Positions 1 to 12,430 of a stretch of DNA of 64,000 bases are shown in pieces. The notes beneath the pieces were generated by a model. It searched no databases. It was not told where the DNA came from and worked only from the letters and a program-made list of their open reading frames with translations. The stretch covers positions 6,072,587 through 6,136,586 of the forward strand of contig CM120648.1 in NCBI GenBank assembly GCA_051362555.1, written 5' to 3'. The translations under genes and the position numbers were made by a program. The DNA is from Lingula anatina. Its lineage: Eukaryota; Animalia; Brachiopoda. Positions within the stretch are counted from its first letter, which is position 1. Every line of letters starts with the position of its first letter.

Positions 1-274
1 ATTTTCAGTGCCGTTCCACCTCTGCAGTTATAGTCTAAATTTGAAAAGCTGACCCTGGTTCCCTTATTTCTTCTCAGTTCCCACCTTCCATCTCTACCCA
101 TTGGTAAAGTGGATGTAGTCATATCAGTTGCACCTTAAGAGTCCTTTCCTGCTGCAGCTATAACCTGCTTACCCATTTCTCCCCCCCCCCCTCCCCCCCC
201 CCCCCGCCCCAATCTCTATCCATTGACACCATCTTCATCTGCGTGTCGTAAAAGAAATTACTGATTTTTCATCA

Positions 275-750
275 TATAACCCTGAGTTTTCAGGGATATA
301 CCAGAAATAACTTGGGCATGCTGAAGGTACGGGTGGTTTATTTATTCCTAGAAATCCCTGAGCTTCATGGTGATTGTCACTGGTGTTCAATGAAAATTTT
401 TTCAGAGTGGGTTCAGTATTTTTTGTTTGTTCTTTGAGTTCTATTTCAGAGTTAATAAACCAGGCTTTATATCACGGATTTCAGGGTGCTTCTTGTTCCA
501 GCCATGTGTTTGGCATATCTTCATTTGGTAATGATCTTTCATAACTCAAGCTTATCACTTTTGAGTTTAAGGAAGCATTTCTTTCCTATTATCAGGTATA
601 TCCTTCTTTCTTTAATGGTATCTCATTATTCAAACTGTATCACCCTGATTTTCAAAGGATAGAATATTTCTATTATCAATCAATCATCAAGCAACCAATC
701 AATCAACCGATTGGTCAATCAATCAGTCAGTTTCACACCCTGAGCCAGAG
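275..750 (+). repeat. Highly decayed array related to the 58-64 bp satellite family
   Basis: Recurring (T/C)ACCCTGA(G/T)TTT-like cores at about 279, 356, 555, 641 and 736; two are followed by ..CTATTATCA, as in the reverse complement of the 11955-12430 units. Confidence 0.45.
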
Positions 751-3700
751 TGTTTTATTCATATTTTCTGCTCATATGTTCATATTTGCTCATTCATCTT
801 TCTTACCTTGATAATCAGGGTTTGGAGTTTTATGTTAGACATGTCTTTATTTTTAATATGATATTTTAAATCATCCCCCCCCCCCCCCCCACACACACAC
901 ACACACTCTATGTAAGCTCAGGGTGTGGGATTCTTTGTTATCTTGAACAATCCTCTTTTGGTTTTGACATCATTATTTAGTCCAAGATCTATTGCGTTTG
1001 TTCAGGTAAAATTTGAAAATTTTAACTCCATTATGATTTTTTTCCTTCACGTCTTGCACTTTTGCCAATACTTTTAATGATCTGCTCACACCCCTCCCCG
1101 AAAAAAAAAAAAAAAAAAAAAGAATTTTCCCATGTATGGATCAATGTAGAGGATGTACAGTAATATTATGACTCAATCTTTTCAATGGAGAAAAATCATC
1201 AATCTTTTAGATGCATAATTTTAGAATCATAAAAATAACATTTCTGTATAGCATTTGAGGTGCTTTTACTGCAAAAAATAAAAGTATTTGATAGCTTGCT
1301 TTTCAGTTTTGTTGCTACCACTCAATAGGAATGTTCCAGTTTTTTGAAATTATGACCTAAAAATACAGTATCTGTAAAATTCACAATTTCCCCACCATTT
1401 GAAAGGATTCTGATGTTGGCTCACAACACTATCTTAACATTTACATATACCCATAATCAGTTCCACTCCTTCAAAAATCGCTCACACCCACAGCCACATC
1501 ATGTACAGTAACAGTATAAATCTATAAAGTAGAAGAAGTCCCCATAGATATTCCTCTCCAAATCAACCAACCCTACCACCCTCAAAACCCAATGGACTTT
1601 CCCAGTCATGGCCCATTGCAGACGGCATACCATGGTCGCCTATCACTTACCTATCACCAGTTCACCATGACTGGTTGATAAGGGACCAACCAATGAGAGC
1701 AACAGGGCCAAATCTTTACTGAAATTGCCTTCATAAATCTTAGTAATCCGCCATTATAACCCAGTGATTTATGGTTGCAGTTTATTAGCTCAGCAATGAA
1801 GTGAGGCGAAGACTCTCCAGGCGGAGAGGAGAAGGATCGAGGACTCTTTTCAACGACCAAGCTTAGGTGCTTTCCCTGTCTTTCAGTTCCGACTCTGGTG
1901 TTGGATTTTGTTGACACGTTTGCAGGTACTAGTATAATTACCTAAGGCAGTGTATTTTCTGGTTATCTATGTTTGGTCGATTGTCTTGTAGCCACAAAGG
2001 AATTGAATTGAAGAGATAATGAGGATCAGGTATTTACTTTTCTCGAAAACAAACACTTTTATTGATTTTGTTGTCAAGAATTGGTAATGTAGTGACCTTA
2101 TTATCTCTAAATTGTTTGGCGTCTTGTTTTGGTCTCTTTGCTGGATCAAACTCTGTGTTTGGTAACATGTTATTATACACAGTTGGTAATTTTCTCAAAC
2201 TATGGACCTTGTGTATCAAATACACGTATATTATGTTACACGTAAATGGGACTCTTATATCATTCAGGAAGAAAACTGATAATAAGATATGATATTGTTA
2301 TCTTGTAATTTGTATAAATCTCTGTGTATGGAGTATGTTGACTCCATAAATACTCTTATATTTTTATTTGTGCATGTGTATGTAATTTAAAGAGGGGAAA
2401 GTGGGGGGGGGGGGGAGGGGGGTGTATGAAAATATGACGATGTATCCACCTGTGTGTATGTGTTACGAAGGTATATATTCATTTCACTTCCTTATTGGTC
2501 ATATTAATCTGATCTCTGTTGTGTAACCCTTCTCCATGGTCTATTGTTAGATCAGGGGAATTGCTTCCTTAATGAACAGCATATCTATATCTGTCTATCT
2601 ATATAGTATATTTCAGAGTTTGGTAGTCAAGGCAGTACTGCAAAAGTGGATGCCATTATTAAGAATTATTAGGATGCTACCAAAAGAAAAATAAAATGTC
2701 ATTGATTAAAAATCAGATAAAATTTTCTCATGGCTCAATCCTAAAAAAAAAAAACAAACAAACAAACAAACAAACAAAAAAACATCCATTTATTGGAAAA
2801 TATTGGTTGAACAATAAATAATTTTTAATGTGTATATGTTACTTAAATGGTTGAAAAATATATTATATTCAAAGATTTACAGAAGCACAACCGGCTATAG
2901 TTACATACATATTACGTAAACTTGTATATTGTTTATTGGGTTCACATCAATATGTCATGAAATTTTGCCAAATATTCTGTCAAATGATATAAAACAGCAG
3001 TTTTATTACCATCTTATTTTCTTCCAAAAGAACACATTCTTTGATCACAAAGGGGACACCAGATACCATACAGGGCAGCATAAGATACTTGTATATTCTC
3101 GTTGGGTCACTCAAATGATACATTTTCCTTGTATTAGAACTCTTTCCAGATATTGAAAAAATATACTTGATTGTCTTTTTCTCTACAAAAATTCAAGCAG
3201 TCTTTTTTTTTTTTTTTTTTTTTTTTGTATGATATATTTAAGTAACATAAAGGCTATTAATCACAATTATTACATACAATTGCCCCCCTCTGCTTGTGCA
3301 TTATTGAGATTAAACTCTAACTGCCATTAGCTTTCACCTTTTTTATGTAAACCTAATGGTTTACTTACATACTGTGGAACTTGAACAAGATAATTCTTTG
3401 GTGCTGAAATTTGATACTAAAAACTCCCTAGAGTAATAAAAATATATTACAGAAGGTGGAATGGGGAAAAAAAATAGATGAAAAATAAGACAATTTTTAA
3501 AGATTACATTACTCTGTAGAAGTTAAAGAATGAGTTTTGAAAAAGGAAGAAATAAAATAATAAATAACAGTATCTCTTAAACTTCCAGCACAAAACTCAT
3601 GGAGAAAAAAAATAAATTATTCAAAGAAACGACTTAATTGAGACAAAAAGCCAGGATACCATTAATGTTCATTATGTGCATTTAACTAGAAATTTCGACC

Positions 3701-3826
3701 ACAGTTAATGGGCCGAGGAGCATGTTTATCGTAATGGTCTGCTGGTTCTGTAATAAAACAGTTGGAAATGGAAGTATGCTGCACCCATGCGAAACCGACA
3801 AAGACTAACTTGGGGTTAATAAAGAT

Positions 3827-3843
3827 GGGCGGGCTATAAATAC
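3827..3843 (+). promoter_or_regulatory. Candidate core promoter (GC box abutting a TATA box)
   Basis: GGGCGGGCTATAAATAC lies in a locally CpG-containing stretch (3697-3845). Motif evidence only. Confidence 0.35.
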
Positions 3844-4810
3844 TGCTGATTTGTACTTGGTTTGTACTGCACTATACTCCTTATACTTATGTTCCTATTT
3901 TCCTCTTTTTTTATGCCTTTGTATAATGTAGTATCTTATTCATAATCTTGTTTTTTTTTTTTTTGCCTTTTATAGGATCTGAACATATGTCACAAATGAG
4001 CCAACTTACAAAAACAGCTTTATAACTATTGCCGTGTGTATTTGAAAGGGATCTGCATGACACTTTCTTTTTAATGTATCGAGTTTGGTTTGTAAAAAAA
4101 AAAGTCTAGCAAGGATTCAAAAAACAGTAACAGTTGAATGAAAATGCTTCATTTTTGGTTTTTTGAGACAAGTGGCATAAAATAATTCCGAATCTGACAG
4201 ACTGGTAAGGGGGGAGGGGGGGGAGCAGGAATAGCAAGTTGTTAACGGTCGAGAAAAAAGAAAGAAAAAAACTGAATATCATTGTTTGAACAACATGCTA
4301 TGCGACCCTGTTTTAATTGCAATTAGTACTTCTGTCCTTAGTGTGGAAAAATCTCCTGTCAAATTGGGGTCCATTAAGTTCAGCTTCAAGTAGACGAATA
4401 ATCTTGAAGATAATGATGATGTGACATGCACGCCATTCCATCCTGATTTGCAGACCTTGTCTACGGATGTTACACAACCTTGTCTTGTCATGCCAGGTTG
4501 TTTCTGATGGAGGGAGAACAACAAGAGATTGAAACGAGGACAACTTGAACGGACTTTTTTTTCATCCTTATGACATACATATAATTTTTTTTCTGTTTCT
4601 TCATTTGCACGTGCTGGTACAAGATGTATCCCCCATCCACCCGCCATGCCCTGCCACCCATTTCCAATTGTTTAACGTTGGTCTTAAGGCCCTCTTATAT
4701 TGAATATTATAAATTTTAACAATTCAACTGTATCAGCATAGGGTTGTTTATTGAACATGGTCATTTTTTTGAGGAGGAGAGGGTTTCTTGAACTACTTCT
4801 ATACCAATGT

Positions 4811-4978
4811 CAGGGGCGGATCCAGAGCTATTTTCTGACAGTCTTCTAAATTATCTTTGTTGATCCATCCTGTATTTTTGACTGTCTTCTGAGAGAAAAA
4901 ATTAGATATCCGTCAATGTAAACTTGAAAATCTGACCGTCTTCCGGAAGACCCAGAAGACGGCCTCAATCCGCCCCTG
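4811..4978 (+). mobile_element. 168-bp MITE, family A copy 1
   Basis: Perfect 11-bp TIR CAGGGGCGGAT...ATCCGCCCCTG; 5-bp TSD AATGT at 4806-4810 and 4979-4983; homologous copies at 36878 and 61876. Confidence 0.92.
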
Positions 4979-5089
4979 AATGTCAAGAATGTTGATTGTA
5001 TCTCAACTTTGTTTTATTCAAGGGTAAATTAATGTTAAGGGTAAAAAGCTGATGAAGTGAAGCGGTAACTGTTTCATCATTGCTACATT

Positions 5090-5092
<3 letters not shown>

Positions 5093-5127
<35 letters not shown>
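5093..5127. repeat. (CT)n microsatellite
   Basis: Seen directly. Confidence 0.95.
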
Positions 5128-5131
<4 letters not shown>

Positions 5132-6454
5132 ATTGTGCTTGGATGTGACAAGAGAATGTGTTTTATACATGTTCCTTAATAATCTTGTCAAAACTTAAAA
5201 TTATGGGTAGCACTTGAAAGGATGTAATGCATACTAGGCTTAGGGTCCACCCAAACTGTCAATGTACCCATTCTCCACCAATGCATTCATTTATTCGCCA
5301 ATATAATCCACCTATCCACCCATCCATCCTCTTCCTCTTTTGTTATTTTTGGCTCACTAACACTTACATAATTCACAGCAAACTACAGCAGTATCACTAC
5401 GACTGGGCTCCCATACTTAGATCGATCTAAAAGGATCAATCCATCTCTGATGGGTTTCTCATAAAATTGCTTTCAGCTTAAGTGGCTTAGATATCTGGCA
5501 TACCTATGAAGCTGCTAAACAATAATTAATTACTCCTAGCAACTTCAGTAGGCATGACAGTCATTTCAGCCACGTAAGTTGATTGCAATTTAGCAAGAAT
5601 CCCCTCTTGGCGACATGCAGTTTCTTGATTTCCCCTCCCATCTGAACTTGTTTATGATATGTAACCCAATATGTGATTGCTTGTTAACCAGTTACAGATA
5701 ATTGTTTTTTTTTGTTTTAGAATAATTCATCCTGTTTGGTCGCCATAATGACCACTGATTTACGTGCTAAAAGGCTCGACTGCTATTAATATGCTGAAGA
5801 GTAGATTATTTCAGCTAGGTCTTGATTTACCTTGCATTTTTTCAAAGATAATTCACAATTGAAGAGCAAATTTTTCAGCGTGGTGGTTCCTCTTTATTAC
5901 CACTGATGTGTATTAGCAGATCATTTAATACAGTTACAGAAACCAGTGAAATGATTTTGGATGATTTGGTCAGATGTAATTTTCATTTTAAGTTTTATAC
6001 AACCCTGTAAAGACTCTTATACAACCATGAATTTGTCGCAGTGCAATGCAGTTAGTGGTTTTGCAGCAGAAAGTGTGGTATAGAACTATCATCATCATTA
6101 AGGTAAATGGTTGCAATCCTTTTTGGATATCGAGCTACATAACCCAACTTAACCAGCTAGCTTGCAAGTTAAATCACGTTGATCCTGGACTTAAATTATT
6201 TCAAACATCTAAAGCTTGCATCTTCTTTGGTCAATGCATGGTCTTGTTGTTCGGGGACTTTCAGAATAAGTTAAGCCACAGCAGACTAACTTCATAGGGA
6301 CTGGCTGAATGCAATCAAATTAACAGGCTAACACACCTCCTCTTGTTTTCAACATACTCATAAAATTTCTTTGTATTCTATTCATCACAAGGAGGAGAGC
6401 TGTTAGCTGTTTTCAAGATATTCCTTGTGATCTATGTTTAGTCAAGCATTAATA

Positions 6455-6611
6455 TCTCTCCCTCTTCCTTCTTCAATTTCCCTTTCTCTTTCTCTCTTTC
6501 TCCCTTCTTCACTTTCTCTCCTCCCTCTCTTTCTCTCCTTTTCTCCCTTCCTCAATTTTCCTTCCTATCTCTCTCTCTCTCCCTCCCTCAATTTCACTCT
6601 TTTTTTCTCAT

Positions 6612-6651
<40 letters not shown>

Positions 6652-6730
6652 CCCTCCCTCCCTCCCTACCTCAATTTCACTCTCTCTTTTCTCTCTCTCT
6701 TCTCTCTCTCTCTTTTCTCTCTCTCTCTCT

Positions 6731-6817
<87 letters not shown>

Positions 6818-6819
6818 TT

Positions 6820-6882
<63 letters not shown>

Positions 6883-7042
6883 TTTCTCTCTCTCTCTTTT
6901 CTCTCTCTCTCTCTCTCTTTTCTCTCTCTCTCTTCTCTCTGTCCCTCCCTCCCTCCCTACCTCAATTTCACTCTTTCTTTCTCATTATTCTCTCTCTCTC
7001 TTCTCTCTCTCTCTCTCTGTCCCTCCCTCCCACCCTCCCTCC
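6455..7042. repeat. About 590-bp polypyrimidine / (CT)n low-complexity tract
   Basis: Almost entirely C/T on the + strand; the motif GTCCCTCCCTCCCTCCCTACCTCAATTTCACTCT occurs at about 6650 and 6941. Confidence 0.95.
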
Positions 7043-8353
7043 AGTAGTTAATAACAACAAGTGCTGGGTCTATTAAAGCCGGGATAACGAGGAGTCTGGA
7101 GGTGATCTCAGGAAATTCCTCTGAAGCCTGCTCCCAGGTCTGTGTCCAGCCAAGCATGCCCATAGCCAGCTGGACCGCATTACAATTTGCGTTCTGGTAG
7201 ACTGCCACATCTGTCAGGCTCTGTTCACTTCAGCCATTTTAAACCTCACTTGAAGCGGTATAAGGCTCTTTATTCATTTGACTGAATGTGTGATCTATTC
7301 ATTCATGCTGCAGATCTAATAACAGGTCCATTCCCTGATTTTAACCTCTAAAGATCTCCTGAACCTGAATGGCACCAGTTCTGACTACATGGGAAAAGCT
7401 GTTCTAGATATGTCTGCATGTGAGCACATTCATAAATGTCTTACCAAAGGCTGTCTTGAAAAGGCTCCAATGCACTGCAGATGAGAAACAAAATTTTATT
7501 TTACAGTGCTGTAAATTAATTCATGTATCTTTGTGACAGATAAGCTCGGTGTTCTTGTTTGTACCCAATAAATTTTGTTTTACTATCCGGAAATGCAAGT
7601 CACATTAATAAAAAATTTACATCTATTAATCTACATTCATCTATCTATTCATCCCCCCCCTTTGAGGTGTGTTAGCCAGGGCTGGTCTTTAGTTAAAGCA
7701 TGTAGAGTTTCTAGACTAAATAATAATAATAATAATCTCTATTAGTTCTAGCACAATTTTTACAAAGGCTATGACCAAGCAAATTCATAAGTCGCATATA
7801 TAATAAAATAAGTGATGTAAAATATTTAATATATATACATGCCCAAATATAAATTATGATTTTCAGCCATGCAGTGGAACATGTTAGGTTTTTACAAAGG
7901 TTAAAGTAATTCTCTCTAACGTGGTATTAACTGTCATTAGCTTAGATATCTACATTATTACACTTAAATAGGTACATCATAGTTAGCGCTACACTGCTAG
8001 TAGTTTAATATAAGACCACACCAGTGTGGGGATGTGTGTGAGACCGAACGCTCCGAGCCGTGTGAACGCGTCTGCCAGATCACACCTCACTGCACGATAC
8101 GCTGATGATGTCTCACAGAGACGGAATCCTCTGACTAATGACCCGCAGGTCAAAGATTAAACTTGTTTATGGGCACTGGTTGGTCATGCGTGCATGCAGC
8201 GTGTGTTTTTTCTAGTTGTGGTTTTGCTGCAGGCTTCAATGGCAAAATTGGTTAGAGAGGGAGAGAGGAATTGCATTGCTAGGCGAAAGGTGTAGGACTT
8301 GGTATTCACGGTCAAGCTAGAATTTATGTCGTCTGATTGCATTTCTTTGCTAA

Positions 8354-8386
8354 ATGATGAACAGGATGAAGACTGACTTGAGCCAG
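8354..8386 (+). CDS. Candidate alternative first coding exon (MMNRMKTDLSQ, phase 0)
   Basis: ATG at 8354 is open to donor CAG|GTATGT; a CpG-rich stretch lies upstream at about 8040-8200. Could instead be 5'UTR. Confidence 0.3.
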
Positions 8387-9006
8387 GTATGTGCTGTTAA
8401 GAAAAACTTTGCTTTCCCTTCTGCCATTGTGTTACATGTAATTGATGTACATGTATTGTAAGTCATGAACTTCAATTAAATCTAGTGTTTAATTGTGTGT
8501 TCTTATGGTTACTAATCTTTACCGACTTGAAAGGTGTTGTCTGAGGCGTCCAGTCAGTTAATTTATGAATGTGGATACTTTCACTTCAGATACTGTAAAA
8601 ATTAGTATCTGTCATTGTGTGTGTAGTTAAGGAGATTTTGTTGCAGATTTTTTTAAATGGTGTAAGTATATTTGGTAAAAGTAAAAAAGCAACTCAGGAC
8701 ACACATGAATAAATACCTTTTACCAAAATATGCTGTCTGTTGATGGGTTGGACTTAATGATTGAAGAAATGGGGGTAGAGGTGGGGCAGGGACAGGCCAT
8801 GCCTCAATCTTTAAATAAGTTATCAACATCCTTCGTCATTCTTTATTTAACATGGCTGACTGATTTAGACAGAATTCTTCCCAGAGGCATGTACTGAGTG
8901 TGCATATTGTAAGTGCGGCGTGACATTCAGTGTCACATATGTTGCTGTCACATCAGGTGAGAGCATCTTAACAGGCTGTCTCACTGGTAAATACTGCAGC
9001 ACACCA

Positions 9007-9145
9007 GGGCTGCGTTCACAACCTTTCTAACTTAATCTGGAGATGGTTTTAATTGATGTTACATACTTGGGCTGCGTTCACAATTGTCTTCACTTAGACC
9101 AGACTTGTCTTTAATGATGCTCCACTCTAGAATTGTTTTCACAAA
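9007..9145 (+). repeat. Tandemly duplicated MITE-like end (GGGCTGCGTTCACAA x2)
   Basis: The identical 15-mer is at 9007 and 9069 (62-bp spacing) and resembles the TIR of the 23504-23654 element (GGCTGCATTCACAAC). Confidence 0.55.
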
Positions 9146-10051
9146 AAAAAAAAATCGCAGCCAGAAGTTGGTCCAAACTTGTGAACATCAACAATTTCTA
9201 TCCTTTTCAAGACCTTTGCAATATTTTGTTTGAGTGGACTAATATTATATCATTAGGTCAAAGTGAACTAATAATATTTGGTGTTGAAGTTCATACCAGC
9301 TTTTTAGCTTAAAGTTCTCTTCTGATGACACCAGCTTTGTTCTCTACTTGACTGACTAAGACTGGAGAGTGTCTTAAGTTGACATCACTAAAGGACTGGA
9401 CAACATTTTGATTCTCTGTCTGTCTGTCTGCCTGTCCGTCTGTCTGTCTGTCTGCGTATCAGCCTTTATCTCTATCTGATGGCAAACTTGCTTGAACGTC
9501 AGTCTTTCTCTTATTTTCTTAGAAGCATGTCCCTGTATTCAGAATATAAGTGTTTTATTTTTTCTCCAAGCAGTGTCTGCGACAAAGCATTGATTCAATA
9601 CCTTACCTGCATTAAACCCATGACCATGAAGTTCTTCTTTTTTATGTGTTATAGCTAGAAGAGCATGTGCCAATGTAAGTGTATCAAGCTAGAAAAAAAT
9701 TCCCGTTGACCTGTTGTCTAAGTGCACGCTAGTATATAGATTAAATTTTTGCCAATGGCAGAATAGTGAATTACTTTGGCTAGCAGTAAAAAAATGCTGA
9801 CAAAACGTGGAATTTTTCTTTTTTTTTTTTCAGCTTGGGTCTGATTTGGCTGAAAGTGGAATAAGACTGACAAGGAAAAGATGTGTGTTTAATTATTTGA
9901 TCTGTAAAAACAGGATTTAATATTATTTATTCTATATCTAGAGACAAGTATTTTGGAAAAATGTATAGTCAAGATTTTTTAAATAGCCAAAAGTTGAAGT
10001 ATAATATCAAATTATATTATAGAATTTATCCTGTGGTATGAAGGTGTGTAT

Positions 10052-10090
<39 letters not shown>

Positions 10091-11490
10091 GGGGGCATTC
10101 TTCAAGTCTACTTACAAATTAGATCAAGTTATTTTTTACTTTTATATTGCCTTTTGTCATAGAAGATTATTCTGTAATGTGGTGATGGTACTGGTACCCC
10201 GATATTCAGAGAACACTATGAAATCCCCTTTTAACAGCATGGCCAGACAATGTCCCCAATGTTCTGTGACACTCGGGGTGCAGGCAGGTAATAGTATGGT
10301 AAAAACTTGAAAATTTTGTCACTTAAAAATTAATTAATATTTTAAAATGCATGGATCCGACTTGACCATATTAGGTGACAAACTTTTCAAAATTATCCAG
10401 ATTATTCAAATTGCACAAAATTTTCAAATTGAAAAAAGAAAAAGATGTTGGCAGAGAATCGTCTTCTAACAAAATTTGCATGACAGACTAAATATTCAAG
10501 TTTTTACCGTAACTAGAAGCAGGAAACTGTAGGACCACATCTCAATCACAGGTGGAAAATGTTTGTTTGAAATTGAACTGTCAGCTTCTGGATTCACTGC
10601 AAGCTTGCTCCTACGCAGGGAATCCGCTTTTTTCCTCTGCAACCATTTTCTCTCATCCTGCATTTCAAGAGTCAGAACATTGAAAATCCATGTCTGTGTA
10701 ATCAGCATCTTTGTGCTGTTTCCAATATAGAATTTCTGACAGTGATTGTACTGGGTGGAGGGAGATTCATTCTTCATTCTGCGAAACTGAGGGTGTCCAA
10801 AAAGCATTGTATCCATGCAGAAGAGATGTGCAAGTGTCAGTAATCAGAAACACAGGGTGTTCACTCTTTCAGGCTCATTAGCTACCAGAAATGAACATGT
10901 TATATCAAATAGAAACGTGTTGGGAATTTTTTTTTTTTACTTTTTTTTTTTTGGGGGGGGGGGGGGCAAAAAGAAAATAAGATTAGAGAGAAAATGAAGT
11001 GAAATTGTAACACAGAGGAGTTTGAGAGAGAGAGAGAGAGGCAAGGAGAGGATAAAGATAGAGAGACAAAACAAAATTAGTTGTGGGAAATTAGAAAACT
11101 AAATCATGTGAAAATTGCATATGAATAAAAATGATACTTTTGTGTGGAAACTATTTGCAAGTGTATATATGCGTAACAAGTAATTGGTAGCACAACCCCA
11201 AAGTCACATTGTATAATGTTATGTACAGGTACATCACAGTAGCTACCTGTAACATTTGCTTCTGACACACATTTATATACAGATAAAATAAGCTACGACA
11301 CAGTCATCTTGCCACAGGGCCAAGTTATCAAGCCACAGGGACAAATGTGATGCGTGCATGCCTCGTTTGAAGATGAGCCAAGATCGTTATACTTGTGTCA
11401 GATATGGTGATGTGGTAATGGATAAAAGATGAAATCACTGAGGCGAGCAATGTTGAGGCTGATTTCTGTGTTCTCATATTTATAATAGTG

Positions 11491-11561
11491 ATGGTTATAT
11501 ATTCAGGAGTAATATTTCCTGTGCTATCCGACTGCTTCTTTAAGTGTTTAGCCTGCTGTAG
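11491..11561 (+). CDS. Candidate alternative first coding exon (MVIYSGVIFPVLSDCFFKCLACC, phase 2)
   Basis: GTGATGG start; 23 codons plus AG, then donor TAG|GTAAGA. Confidence 0.35.
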
Positions 11562-11954
11562 GTAAGAATTTGTTGTTAAACATCATTATAGACTTATAAT
11601 TTTTGTCTTTTTTGTCAGGAAATACATTTTGTTTCTTTTACGACTTCCATATTGCTCTGCTGTCTTCATGCAAGCACTCCTTTTCTCCTGCAGTTTCCTC
11701 GATGTTTACTGCAGAATCAAAATAATTTTGACTCGGTGAAATTTAATTGCTTCTTTTTCAGTGTTACATTTCTGCCCTGTTTGTTCCAGTAAGACTTTTG
11801 TTTCACCCCTGATTTCACCCACGTCTGCCTCCATATGATTCATTGGATTTCCGAAGCTTTCTAACTCACAGTGCTCACTGGGGCTAGACAACCACTGGCG
11901 CGTTACAAGCCAGTAGGTGTTAAGGGGATTGAGTAATGTTCCAATCTTGCCACC

Positions 11955-12430
11955 CTGAGTTTCAGAGATCGCTTGAAACAGCAGAGGTATGTTGGTAAAT
12001 AGAGATAAGTGTCCAGTTATCTCCAAAACTGCAAGGAATAGCAGAGGCATGTTGATAAAAGAGATAAGTGTCCAGCAATTTGAGAATATCTGGGTACTGG
12101 TAATCCTATAGACATGTTGATAATTGAGATAAGTTTCCAGTAATCTGTGAAACTGAGGGTACAGGGAATGGTGGAGACATGAGTAGAGTTTCCTGTGATC
12201 TTTGAAACTCGGGGCATGGGGAATCCCAGAAACATGTTGATAATACAGTAGAATTTCCAGCAATCCATGAAACTCAGGGTACGTGGAATGGCAGAGGCAT
12301 GTTGTCAATAGAGATAAGGTATTAGTATTACGTGAAATCAAGGGTGCTAAAAATGGCAGAAGCATGCTGATTAAAAGGGTGATTTTCTAGTTATCTGTGA
12401 AACTCTGGATACAGGGAATGGCAGAGACTC
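11955..12430 (-). repeat. Diverged tandem array of about 52-65 bp units (7-8 copies)
   Basis: Approximate consensus CATGTTGATAATAGAGATAAGTTTCCAGTAATCTGTGAAACTCAGGGTACAGGGAATGGCAGAGG; its reverse complement shares ACCCTGAGTTT..AG..TACTG..CTCTA with the 58-mer at 18254. Confidence 0.8.

Noticed and set aside
1780-1925. Purine-rich, exon-like stretch (NEVRRRLSRRRGEGSEDSF..) ending at CAG|GTACTA
   Set aside because: No in-frame ATG or convincing acceptor, and a weak donor; at most a possible UTR exon.
5554-5573. ATG-to-GTAAGT phase-2 mini-ORF (MTVISA)
   Set aside because: Very short, weak exonic donor context and no promoter-like patch; likely chance.
6434-7051. 205-aa Ser/Leu-rich ORF
   Set aside because: It is a translation of the (CT)n tract, which lacks stop codons by composition.
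10054-10095. Long poly-G run (also poly-C at 181 and 25718)
   Set aside because: Such homopolymers are common throughout the window and their lengths are unreliable in assemblies.
11706-12365. 219-aa minus-strand ORF, the longest in the track
   Set aside because: It runs through a diverged tandem repeat and has no recognisable domain or supporting splice context.
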